The translations under genes and the position numbers were made by a program. Shown piece after piece: positions 49,301 to 58,600 of a stretch of 64,000 nucleotides of DNA (the stretch's first letter is position 1; each line of letters starts with the position of its first letter). The notes beneath the pieces are model-generated. The model made no database searches, was not told where the DNA came from, and saw only the letters and a list, made by a program, of their open reading frames with translations. The stretch spans positions 62,001 through 126,000 of the IMG/VR virus record IMGVR_UViG_3300005826_000294, one strand, 5' to 3'.

Positions 49301-52300
49301 CACCAGCAGGGACGTCTAAATATCCTTTAAATCTATATGAGTTTGGAACCTCATCTCCATCAACAAATAAATGTAATTCATCTCTTTGTTCTATAGTTCC
49401 CATTTTCCATGAAACTGCTAAATGATGAGTTTCTCCAGGTAACCAATTGTTAATATTATGACTTAAAACTTTGATACGTCTATTATTATCATATATTCTA
49501 AACTTAATAAAACCTGATCCATCTTTATATAAAGACATCCTACATTTATTTGTTTCAACACCAGTGTCAAAAAAGTAATGTAAATTATCGGAGGTTAAAT
49601 CAATTCCATCAAATCCTGCGATAGTCCCAAATGAATCATATGCGTCATAAGCATCAAACGACATATTCATCATATCATAATCATCAATAATAAATGAGAA
49701 TTTTACACTTTCATCCGTAGACCATAATCTATCATTTATTTCATCAATTTCATATCCATCATAACCATCATATCCAGAAGCCGTGGTTGCTATTTTAACA
49801 TTATAGAATTCTCCAGAAGTTGATATTATTCCAGAAAAAAGTCTTTCTTCATCAATAGGAGCCCTTGTTCTTAATCTCCAACAATTAAAACCTGTATCAA
49901 ACCAAATAAAATATCCTGAAACTCCATGACTATGAAGATTACTTGGAACACCAAGAACACTAGGATTATTATTATCTAAATCAAAAGGAATAGAAGTAGG
50001 ATTTATTGCAGTAGAACCTATATATATTTTATTAACATCTATTTCATTATTATCCATAAATAAATCAAATGTTAATGTCGCATCATTCTGAATTCCACTC
50101 CAATTTGGAATAATAAATGCTTCCCAAGTTCCTTCACTAAATTTCATATTAGAACTAGCAGGAAAAATTGCTGTTTGACTATCTTGATCTAATAATAATC
50201 CATTTCCAAATTTTCCATTTGCGTATCCTGGATTTGAGGTCAATTCTATTGGTAAAAGATTAAAGTAATCTCTGCCTAAAATCCATTCCTGAAAAACAGA
50301 TTCTGTAATATTTGGTGTAATTTGTGTAAATGCTTCTACTAATGCTTCAATTGAAGGAATTGTGGGCCCTTTCATAAATGATTGTAATGATCCAGAAACA
50401 GCATTTCGATAAGTCTCCCTATCCAAATTATCTGGAATAACAGATAGTTCTGGTAAGCTTGTCAAGACTCCAAAATTATCACGTAAAGCATTTCTTAATG
50501 CTCCATATCTATATGAAACATAATATGTTTCACCTTCATATAAAGAACTTGATATACTCCAATCAAGAATATTATCTCCATATTCATAACTAACTAAAAG
50601 TTCATCTTTAGAATATGTATAATCAATAAAAACATCTCCAACAGAATAATCTACAAGAACGGCAGCATTATTTCTTAATCTCGCATGATATGTTATATTA
50701 ACATTTTGTCCAATAATATTTGTACCAGATGGTAAATATATTCTATTATTTGTAACATCAACATATCCATCAGAACCTTGATTAAAATAATTTAATGATC
50801 CATTAGAAATACTTGTAGCAGATGTTAATTCAACCAATCCCTGAGAATATAAATCATCAATTCGTCCCGCCTCAACATATTCTCTTTCTCCATTTGTTTG
50901 TACTATTCCCGAGTCAGAAATTAAAACTCCAGAACTATTTAAACTTATTGTTTTAAAAGAAAATGTAGCATTAGTAGCGAAATTTATTGGATTACTTGTA
51001 GTCTGTAAATCTGTTACTTGAAATATTTTATATAATTTAAAAATATCGGAAGAAGTTATTATAGTATTATTATTTACAGTTATAACAGTTCCAGAAACTT
51101 CTATTTCTCCAGCATGATTTAAAGAAGGAACATTTACAACATCATCACTAATACTTCCTACTTCAAAAATTTCTATATTTGGAAGGCTTACCGAAGAACT
51201 CCTATAGATATCATCTACTCTAATAATATGTCTATTTCTTGTTTGTATATTATTTCTTTTATAAGTTGCATCACCAATATCTGTACTTTGTCCAGCAACT
51301 ACTGCTAAATATACTATTCCAGATTCATAATCAACAATATAATCTCCTACATTTAAAAGTCGTTGTAAATTTTCCGAGATAGTTTTATCTGGACTATAAT
51401 ATAATTCATTAACAAATAAATCTTGTTCAGAAAATATTAATGAAGTATTAAAATTGGCACCTAAAAAGCCTCCAATAGAAGACATAATATCACTATCTGT
51501 TAATTCTATTGTGAAAATATCAAATAAAGTTTCTGAAGAAGTAGCGGTTATTACTAATTGAGATTGAATTACAGATTCATATGTAACCGCCTCTCTTAAA
51601 ACATTTAATGTTCTTGGAGGCTGAGATGCCGAAAAATATACTTCATTTCCATTAATCCTAATAGGTGTGTAAAGTTCCCCAGTAGTTTCATTGTATATCC
51701 TAAAAACTTCATTTACAGGATAATTTATAGTTTTTAATCCAATATCTTCAATAAGGCGGTTTTCCACTCTTTCATTTATAATTTCTACATGAGAAGAAAA
51801 ATTGAAATCTGATCCATTTGCAAAAGTGTCTTCATAGTTAAATGTAATTATAGCAGAATTTCCTCTTAATTCCCTACTCGGGACAGAAGCTATTTCATCT
51901 AAATCCGAAAAGAAAATATAATCCAAATTAGCTTGATATTCTTTTTTATATGTATAATTAGCAACTGGTGGAATAGAAGTTGTCCCATCTACTCCAGATC
52001 CATCTACTCCAAAAACAAAAACTTGTCCTGTACTATAATTAATAGAATATTCACCAGTCTGATTTGGAAAACTTGAATTACTAAAAGCAATTTCTGCTGT
52101 AAAAGCAGGATGCTTTTTAGTAGGATTAAAATTTGTTGCCGGATCAAGCCAAACTACACCATTAAGAGTGGGTATGTTTCCATTAGAATCTACAACTGGT
52201 GCATTTGATAGAAAAAATGATGTAGCAACTGCTGAAACACTTTCTCTTACAACATTTATAGTTGTAAAAACTTCTATGGAATCAGGATCAACATCTCTAC

Positions 52301-53264
52301 CTTCTTTTTTATAATAATAAGATACTAAAATAGTATCACTTCCCTGAGGTAAAGGAAAATTTGGTCCTATTGACGACGTGCTGAGACGAATTTGATCATT
52401 TTCAATATCAACTGCTAAATAAGAATTATTAGAATCATATTTACTTTCTTTAATTCCATATTTATATTGTGTTATATCATATTGATATGTTACATTATCT
52501 CTGATTAATTCAATAGAGAGAATCTTAATTACAGGTTTTTTAGAAAGTGTTATAGTTAGTCCAGAAAAATTATTCGAATCATTAGAAGTATTAGATACCG
52601 TTTCACTTTCAACTAATATCTGTTGAAGACTAATAGGATCAGAAGGAAATTCTTCAAATTCAATTCTATTTTGTTCTTTAGCTGATGTTGGAAAAGAACC
52701 TACCCTAAGTAACTGATAAACTCCTTCATTTGGAAACCTATCATAAGGACCACTTCCTCTGGTCATAGCAACATCTTGAACTTCAATTGATACATAATTA
52801 GCACTTCTAACTTCTCCGGCAGCATGAACTCCATTTAAAATTTGTTTAGAACCAGCATCAATTGAATCAAAAACTAATTTTCCAGGTTCAGCATCATATA
52901 TATCTGGAAGGTCATCAATAATATTATCTCTAACAATATTATCTTCTTGTTGTCCTACAAAAAAAATAACATTATTACTTCCATCTTCTACAAGAACTTC
53001 TCCCTTAGAACCCTTAAATGGTTTTGTTGATGTAGAAAATAATGTGATTTTATAATTAGCACGAGGAATAAGAGGACGTATAGAAATTGTTAATACTTTT
53101 TCAGAAGGAACAACAGATATAATAGTTGGATTAGATATACCTCCAGAAGCTCCAACTATAGAAATATTCTCAACTCCTAAGTTTGTATCAAGATTATGCG
53201 TAAATAGAATTTCAATGGTTGTACTGCTTTTAACAGAAAGTCTAACAACCCTCAGATTTACCAT
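46353..53264 (-). CDS. giant baseplate wedge-like protein (P2 gpI/T4 gp7-like core) with Ig-like and LamG-like domains
   Basis: DRETYRNAV...KGPTIPSIEALV and C-terminal LINRIKPSHT; LamG-like GKFGNGL..GTWEAF, HHLAVSW..LFVDG, IYIGSD..IDEMRI, GTVEFWV, WHRVFAGW. Confidence 0.65.
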   Translation of the reverse strand: MVNLRVVRLSVKSSTTIEILFTHNLDTNLGVENISIVGASGGISNPTIISVVPSEKVLTISIRPLIPRANYKITLFSTSTKPFKGSKGEVLVEDGSNNVIFFVGQQEDNIVRDNIIDDLPDIYDAEPGKLVFDSIDAGSKQILNGVHAAGEVRSANYVSIEVQDVAMTRGSGPYDRFPNEGVYQLLRVGSFPTSAKEQNRIEFEEFPSDPISLQQILVESETVSNTSNDSNNFSGLTITLSKKPVIKILSIELIRDNVTYQYDITQYKYGIKESKYDSNNSYLAVDIENDQIRLSTSSIGPNFPLPQGSDTILVSYYYKKEGRDVDPDSIEVFTTINVVRESVSAVATSFFLSNAPVVDSNGNIPTLNGVVWLDPATNFNPTKKHPAFTAEIAFSNSSFPNQTGEYSINYSTGQVFVFGVDGSGVDGTTSIPPVANYTYKKEYQANLDYIFFSDLDEIASVPSRELRGNSAIITFNYEDTFANGSDFNFSSHVEIINERVENRLIEDIGLKTINYPVNEVFRIYNETTGELYTPIRINGNEVYFSASQPPRTLNVLREAVTYESVIQSQLVITATSSETLFDIFTIELTDSDIMSSIGGFLGANFNTSLIFSEQDLFVNELYYSPDKTISENLQRLLNVGDYIVDYESGIVYLAVVAGQSTDIGDATYKRNNIQTRNRHIIRVDDIYRSSSVSLPNIEIFEVGSISDDVVNVPSLNHAGEIEVSGTVITVNNNTIITSSDIFKLYKIFQVTDLQTTSNPINFATNATFSFKTISLNSSGVLISDSGIVQTNGEREYVEAGRIDDLYSQGLVELTSATSISNGSLNYFNQGSDGYVDVTNNRIYLPSGTNIIGQNVNITYHARLRNNAAVLVDYSVGDVFIDYTYSKDELLVSYEYGDNILDWSISSSLYEGETYYVSYRYGALRNALRDNFGVLTSLPELSVIPDNLDRETYRNAVSGSLQSFMKGPTIPSIEALVEAFTQITPNITESVFQEWILGRDYFNLLPIELTSNPGYANGKFGNGLLLDQDSQTAIFPASSNMKFSEGTWEAFIIPNWSGIQNDATLTFDLFMDNNEIDVNKIYIGSTAINPTSIPFDLDNNNPSVLGVPSNLHSHGVSGYFIWFDTGFNCWRLRTRAPIDEERLFSGIISTSGEFYNVKIATTASGYDGYDGYEIDEINDRLWSTDESVKFSFIIDDYDMMNMSFDAYDAYDSFGTIAGFDGIDLTSDNLHYFFDTGVETNKCRMSLYKDGSGFIKFRIYDNNRRIKVLSHNINNWLPGETHHLAVSWKMGTIEQRDELHLFVDGDEVPNSYRFKGYLDVPAGVNKNTYRFKNPITVPNGSKFLDEAKEILVISATSPTIGGFDLQTTQGSSQVVSLSSNFSGNGVSIGNRFEILDDTTDGLSTQSFPFAYVKTVGQNFLEIEVGDSLGLPGSGVLWTANATLENIRYTINPLELQTVSDVEIEKIRIFVEDSYGTEIELNSPNTLTPDYSLNKDGYMDFVNIYNGVSTGSPISIKTYGLTLGRCSQFVYVWPDLKTNLLNTIMPAPTAISKINIVNMIIKRTMIEPGSFALIATLVGGHLVTILTSSLDFCQPSNTDTGRSLTITVSGNNIDWFGFNQVVIVGTTYDGTNVEIITFSGPGKQSTTKFFTSLTDINVSFSPIDSSLSAGAIEIRETFPINWPENSGLYADIHLSSIEQVGSDGYVTSGSPNLTDIYSRFGEEDINKIINIISAKDAYGVTTSAISNTYTIIDVPLDPSGTAKDSNSVVLDSTFPDGYNTISWRMLNTSYGNSGFANGLITLETARTGGQPFLLRSCWYEVDFPAYLIIPWNEIPNNIYIGSDIFGENQANAVIDEMRILDEMSLDTHTGEILPSSGRSISTDAIAVREFETTNQTLALFHFNEDIENSANFITSFSGNYKQSENSVNTNFGQSAIFNMKKSLQIDNNAVFKNNEGTVEFWVSPILDTYNDPSKRYYIDLSSEISSTAQVITSLSIRLPKRARAVTSITIPGDTTNYFIGGSLANDGINVRLGQQLPVDILEVNITYVPIATQGDRFSIFKNEIGNLVFSVTASGVDYQISTPIYWKKNTWHRVFAGWDLNNSDGQDRLIFIVDGTEGGIVRYGTGLIYGTGITYGMKTVWGSADVGTTISRNILADINLLDTFNIINIGADFTEQYSALARMDNIRFSSALRPITYLGATETDIVVGLGPGKLIGKDLLYTSNINAALPVIDDAITGLLLDFNTEQNEVEYLIQIRDATTGIFDFFVEVIDTFELVDTDLAHQLIEDLINRIKPSHTRAFVSFTK

Positions 53265-53266
53265 TT

Positions 53267-56200
53267 TTATCGCTCCTCTATATTAACAGAAATTGTTCCC
53301 GGAGCAATATATTCATTACCCTCGGCAGAAATACTTTCCTTCGTACCAGAAATATTTGCTTTATTAAATCTTGTAACTCTAACTCTATCTACACCAGCAA
53401 CATTATAGATATTACTTACTATATCTGAAGCATCTAATGTTGTCCCAAGTTCCTCTGAATTTAATATAGAACTAATATTATCAGCAACATCCTGTTTAAC
53501 AGTTTCTTCTTTATCTTTAAAAGATGTATCTATTACTACATATACGGTTACATCAATTTTTATCTCAGTAGCAGATTTTACTAAAACATCTGCTGTAATT
53601 GGTCTAGAATCTTCAATTGCCTCTGTAGAATCAACAATAAGTTTATTATATTCATAATTAACAGTTATTCTTTCACCCTCTTTTGGAGCAGTATAAGTAT
53701 AATCTACAGAATATGTAGAACTTAATGCTGGTTGATTTAAACTATCAATAGTTATATTACCCTGAATATTTCCTATTGAATCTTGAAAACCAGATATTCT
53801 GTTAATAGAATATATATTTCCAAATCGTTTTTCTGTAATTCCTACACCATTTTTAGAGAAAAATAAATCTTCTGTATCAAATTGCTGGGCATAATAAAAA
53901 ACAACTCTTAATTGTGTCCCTGTACTAATAGGATTTGATGTATTTATTGAAGTATCTGACAAACCAACTTCTGTTTTACTTAAAGATGTATTCTGTAAAG
54001 AATTTGCTTTATCCCATACATTATTATAGATAGAATAATTAGTTACATCATATGTTGTGTTAACAGATGATACTTCTTCAGTTACCGTTAATTCAATATT
54101 TTCAACTGATATTAAACGAGCTATATATATTGTTGATGGTAATGTTGCTGTATCAGAGAGACCTTTTGATCTTCTTATTAATATTGCTAAATCTAATTCA
54201 TCATTAGCAGTAGCAGTATAAATTCCAGTTATTTTATTTATTGTAGTCCCAGAGATACGTAATAACCCAGAAGTTGATAAACCACCTATATTGACTTGAA
54301 GTCTAGATGGAGATCTTCTCTTATTAGAAATAATTGTTGTTCCAGAAAATTCGTTTTGGACTGGTTGGTAACCATCTATATTTTGAAAACTATTTAAATT
54401 ATTTGTAGAAATAGGAAGCTCAGTTATATCAGTTTTCGGGATTAAATTAAAAAAATCAGCAACATAATTTACTCTAACGCTTGTGCCTGTTGTGGTCCCA
54501 GCATCAGAAGGAAGAGTTATTTGATTATTTAAAACAGTTCCAGATCCATAACTATCACTAGTAAATACATCATTTAAACTATAAATAACATTAACATTAT
54601 CTCCAACTTCAGCCAAAGTATCTGATGGAAGAGTAATTGTTTTATTAGAAATACTACCATTATTTAAATAAGTATTATATACTTCTGGAGAACCAGAAAT
54701 GCTAATATCTTTTATACTATGTAAATTATTAGTATTTGATGAAGTTACAACAGATTTTCCAGCAATAACACTACTAGTTTCTGATTTATATGTATTAACC
54801 GATAAAACTCTACTAATTGGAAAATCAGTAGTAATATTCATATTTTCATAGGCATCTACTAAAACTGTTTTAATTTCATCTCTTATATAATTAGAAAAAC
54901 CCCATTCAATTGAATCTTGAGCTTCATTAAGAGGATCTATTGGATTTAAATTATCTAAATCTATATGTGGATCAAAACTATAAATCCAGGTATAATCAAC
55001 TTGTAGAATATCGCTAGATGTTGGCAAAGTTCTTCCACTTATTTGTATTCTTCCTGTTGTATTTATACTTCCAGAATCATCAGGAGTTTGATCTTCAATA
55101 ACATATCTTTCACCTGTTGTTAAATTAAAAACTCTACTAACGGTCCTAACAGGATAATGTTTAAGTTGAATAAAGTTTCTTGAACTTGAAACAGAAGATT
55201 TTTCATTTGTTATTTGAATATCTTGTTTAACTGCCTCTATTGTTAAAATATCTGTAAATCCTAGGCCATCTATACTATTAGAACCTGTTTTAGTATTTGA
55301 TTCTCCTTGAAGCTGAATTTTATTATCTGTCCAACCTAATTTATCTAATCCAAATGGACTACCTGACGCTTCTCCTGTATCTTTAATAAGTTTAAAATTA
55401 CCTTGTAAATTACCTGTTTCATCTAAATATTGTTCAACAAAATTAGGCCCAGACAAACTTCCACTAACAGAAACCAAAGAAGAAACAGGTTGTTCTGGAA
55501 TTTGTGCTCCTTGTGATAATACAGCAACTCTTCTAGAATTTATAGTTAAAGAAGTGCTTGGAGTTAAACTACTTTGCCCTAAAACATAATTATTTAAAGA
55601 ATCAGTTGGATCATCTTTACCACTTTGATCATTAAAAATAAAACTATCCGTTCCAGATTGGGCATTTGTTCCCATAACATATATATCTACTCTTCCACCT
55701 GTTCCAGGTTCTGAAACAATTTTATTTCCATCATTATCATATCCAACAATGGTCCCATCTCTAACCATTAATGGATCACCTGGTTCTACAACAAGGGCAT
55801 CAATAGCATCAGATAAACTTAATATTGTGCTTCTATATGCTACTGATGTTCCTACATTAGCTCCAGCAAATGTAGCAAGAACTTTTGCTTTAAGTTCTGA
55901 ATCTAATTCTAAATCTGTTCCTCCCGTAAAAGATGTTAAATTTGTAACATTATTTACATCACTAGCACTTGTTGTAATTATTGAATATGATGCTATATTT
56001 CCAATTGACCCAGCACTTTGAGCTTCAACAGAAGCCTCAATCGCAAATTCATCATTAATATTAACAGTAGCAAGTTCTTGTCTCAATCTTGTTGCTGTAG
56101 CCCTTAAAGCATTAGATTGAGATGTATTTATAGATAAAGTAGATACTGTTAAAAATGGAATTCCATTTCTTGTTCTAACTATTGTTCCAGAAGGAATATT

Positions 56201-56503
56201 AAAATCATCATCAATAGATTTAAATGTAAATACAACAGTTCCTATTGATTTTGTCCCATTCTGTTTTATAACTCCAAAATTACTGGCGTAATTAACTAAA
56301 TCTTGACCAGAAATATTTAGGATAGATTGTAGACTAGATAATTCTTTAAGAGCTTCATATATGTCTGAAACTTGCAAAGCTTGAAGATCAATCATAAGAT
56401 CTCTCGCAACCGTTCCAGGTTTTGTGTCTAAACTTGGTTGTGTTAGATTTAGTTGTTGAAGCATATCTAAAACAATATTATTAAAACTTTTAAAAGTTAC
56501 CAT
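53267..56503 (-). CDS. baseplate J-like wedge protein with large insertion
   Basis: TKPGTVARDL, GTVVFT, VEAQSAGSIGNI, FTGGTDLELDSEL, GGRVDIYV; C-terminal NVAGVDRVRV. Confidence 0.85.
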   Translation of the reverse strand: MVTFKSFNNIVLDMLQQLNLTQPSLDTKPGTVARDLMIDLQALQVSDIYEALKELSSLQSILNISGQDLVNYASNFGVIKQNGTKSIGTVVFTFKSIDDDFNIPSGTIVRTRNGIPFLTVSTLSINTSQSNALRATATRLRQELATVNINDEFAIEASVEAQSAGSIGNIASYSIITTSASDVNNVTNLTSFTGGTDLELDSELKAKVLATFAGANVGTSVAYRSTILSLSDAIDALVVEPGDPLMVRDGTIVGYDNDGNKIVSEPGTGGRVDIYVMGTNAQSGTDSFIFNDQSGKDDPTDSLNNYVLGQSSLTPSTSLTINSRRVAVLSQGAQIPEQPVSSLVSVSGSLSGPNFVEQYLDETGNLQGNFKLIKDTGEASGSPFGLDKLGWTDNKIQLQGESNTKTGSNSIDGLGFTDILTIEAVKQDIQITNEKSSVSSSRNFIQLKHYPVRTVSRVFNLTTGERYVIEDQTPDDSGSINTTGRIQISGRTLPTSSDILQVDYTWIYSFDPHIDLDNLNPIDPLNEAQDSIEWGFSNYIRDEIKTVLVDAYENMNITTDFPISRVLSVNTYKSETSSVIAGKSVVTSSNTNNLHSIKDISISGSPEVYNTYLNNGSISNKTITLPSDTLAEVGDNVNVIYSLNDVFTSDSYGSGTVLNNQITLPSDAGTTTGTSVRVNYVADFFNLIPKTDITELPISTNNLNSFQNIDGYQPVQNEFSGTTIISNKRRSPSRLQVNIGGLSTSGLLRISGTTINKITGIYTATANDELDLAILIRRSKGLSDTATLPSTIYIARLISVENIELTVTEEVSSVNTTYDVTNYSIYNNVWDKANSLQNTSLSKTEVGLSDTSINTSNPISTGTQLRVVFYYAQQFDTEDLFFSKNGVGITEKRFGNIYSINRISGFQDSIGNIQGNITIDSLNQPALSSTYSVDYTYTAPKEGERITVNYEYNKLIVDSTEAIEDSRPITADVLVKSATEIKIDVTVYVVIDTSFKDKEETVKQDVADNISSILNSEELGTTLDASDIVSNIYNVAGVDRVRVTRFNKANISGTKESISAEGNEYIAPGTISVNIEER

Positions 56504-56504
56504 A

Positions 56505-56936
56505 TTAAGCCACCCTCAAAGTGAAAGTATCTTCCAGTATTGTTAATTTTCTGGTCAAAACAGATATTTTTATTTCATATAGTCTTGGGTCTTCATTGTT
56601 TCGTAGAACAGAAACCCCTCTAATAGATGCTATTGCTTCTCCAGCCGATATATATTGAGTTCTTCCTTGTACTTTTTGTAATGCTACTAAATTATTTAGA
56701 GCTGTTTGTACAGATCTCGCTACTTCGGTTTCTAATTGAGTAGGATCAAGTAGATTACCAATAATACGAGTTCCAAGACTACTACCATACCAACGAAAAA
56801 TTTTATTAGAACCTGCGGATGTTAATATGATTTTAAGAATATCTTGAACAAGTTTTTCATTATCATGAACTGTTTGTAATGTTCCATCAGGATTTATTCC
56901 CAGATCATTATTGACGATTTTTAAGTCATAAGACAT
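56505..56936 (-). CDS. gp25/gpW-like baseplate wedge (sheath initiator) protein
   Basis: MSYDLKIVNNDL, KLVQDILKIILT..GS...WYGS, EAIASI..V; directly upstream of baseplate J. Confidence 0.8.
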   Translation of the reverse strand: MSYDLKIVNNDLGINPDGTLQTVHDNEKLVQDILKIILTSAGSNKIFRWYGSSLGTRIIGNLLDPTQLETEVARSVQTALNNLVALQKVQGRTQYISAGEAIASIRGVSVLRNNEDPRLYEIKISVLTRKLTILEDTFTLRVA

Positions 56937-58600
56937 TATGTCTCCTTTGTTGAAACCGCACATCGCGGTGGAGTAGAAGATTTATCATCGGAAGATCTTA
57001 TAGATCTTGCCTGTTTCCCTTGATTTTTTCTATTTTGAGTAGCATCAACTTCAATTTGAAATAAAGAAAAAAGTTGCTCAATAACTATTTCTAAATCTTG
57101 TATAGCAATCATAGCATTAGAAGCTTCTGGTTTTACATCTTTAATAATAGTTTTCAATACCTTATCAGTCTTCATTAAATCAATTGTGTATTTATCTAAT
57201 AAATTTAAAAGAGTTTCTCTTTTTACTATAAATAAAGAGGCAATGGTGATTACTATATCTGGTAAAGAAAGACCAGAAAATTCTCCCGTCATAAGATCCA
57301 ATTCAAGACGAATTCTTTCTAAATTATTAATGTTCTTTTTAGATTGAGCAATTATACTATCTCTATCTTCTATGTTTTTTTGTAAATTATATCTTATTAA
57401 CATATTGAATGGATTTTGTAAAGCACTTGGAGTTATATTTCTTGTACTACTCTTTTTTGGATCCGTTTTTTCATTTTCATCCGTAGGTAATAATGAAATT
57501 AAAGCTTCTTCTAACGCAATAACAGAATTTAATTTTTTTAATTTTTCTCCTTCTTCCGTTCCATCCAAAACAGTAGAAATTTCTATTCTTTTTCCAAACA
57601 TACTAGCACGAGAAGAACTTGTTTTAATAGCAATAACAGGACTTATTTTTCTTAAAAGTCTTACTCTTTGTTCATTAATTTTAACCCATTTTCTCGCTAA
57701 ATTTTTAATAGCATATAGAAATTTGATAATTATAAATTGCTCTAATCTATTTGTTTGTGTAAATAAAAAATCACCAGAAAATATTTCGTTAAATTGTGTT
57801 TCTCCAATAAAATATTTTATAGATGATGTGATATCTTCTTCTGTTTTATTTTCTTCATCTGTCTGAGAATTCCCATATTCTACAAATCTTATTCTAATTA
57901 CTTGTTCTAAAAATGGTTTTCTTAATATAGTTTCTCCATCAATTCTTCTTTCTTTAACTGAAAGAGTAAATGGTCTTGCTATTTGATTTCTTAAAGGTAA
58001 AACTCTATGAAAACTTGGAATTAATGGAAATAATTGCTTAAAAATAATACGGATATTTTCCGTATCTGGCCCATTTCCTGGATAAGCTCTCGGGATAAAT
58101 GCTTCTGTTTTTCCTAACGATTCAGATGGAATATTTGCCTTAACATCAGCAGGACTACAAATAGCGAGACCCATACGCTCATTCATATTTTGTTTTCCAA
58201 TTTCTTCATTAATTTTCTTTAATTCTGATTTTCTTTTCTCTAAAATTTCTGCTACATTCCCCTCTAAATCTTTTCCCGATGGACTAACAGTAGCATAAAT
58301 TTGTTTTTTATTATCTACTATTTCTTTATTAGCCAATGTACTATTCACACTAGCTCCAAATCCAGAATTGAGAAATTTAACATCATCTTTTTTATTACTT
58401 TCTTTGTCAGAGATAATAACAAAATAAGGTAACCCAATTAATCTAAAAAAAGCATCAATACGAGTTTCAGTTGGAGTTTTATAAGTATCTCCAGTTTTAT
58501 CATCAATTAATTCATCAAACGAACGAACATTTTCAATTTCATTCATTATGCTTTTAGCAAACCCAATAATATCAAATTCTTTTTCAGAAATATCCGCCAT
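56936..58600 (-). CDS. hypothetical protein (baseplate locus)
   Basis: 554-aa charged, helical-looking ORF; no motif recognised. Confidence 0.7.
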   Translation of the reverse strand: MADISEKEFDIIGFAKSIMNEIENVRSFDELIDDKTGDTYKTPTETRIDAFFRLIGLPYFVIISDKESNKKDDVKFLNSGFGASVNSTLANKEIVDNKKQIYATVSPSGKDLEGNVAEILEKRKSELKKINEEIGKQNMNERMGLAICSPADVKANIPSESLGKTEAFIPRAYPGNGPDTENIRIIFKQLFPLIPSFHRVLPLRNQIARPFTLSVKERRIDGETILRKPFLEQVIRIRFVEYGNSQTDEENKTEEDITSSIKYFIGETQFNEIFSGDFLFTQTNRLEQFIIIKFLYAIKNLARKWVKINEQRVRLLRKISPVIAIKTSSSRASMFGKRIEISTVLDGTEEGEKLKKLNSVIALEEALISLLPTDENEKTDPKKSSTRNITPSALQNPFNMLIRYNLQKNIEDRDSIIAQSKKNINNLERIRLELDLMTGEFSGLSLPDIVITIASLFIVKRETLLNLLDKYTIDLMKTDKVLKTIIKDVKPEASNAMIAIQDLEIVIEQLFSLFQIEVDATQNRKNQGKQARSIRSSDDKSSTPPRCAVSTKET

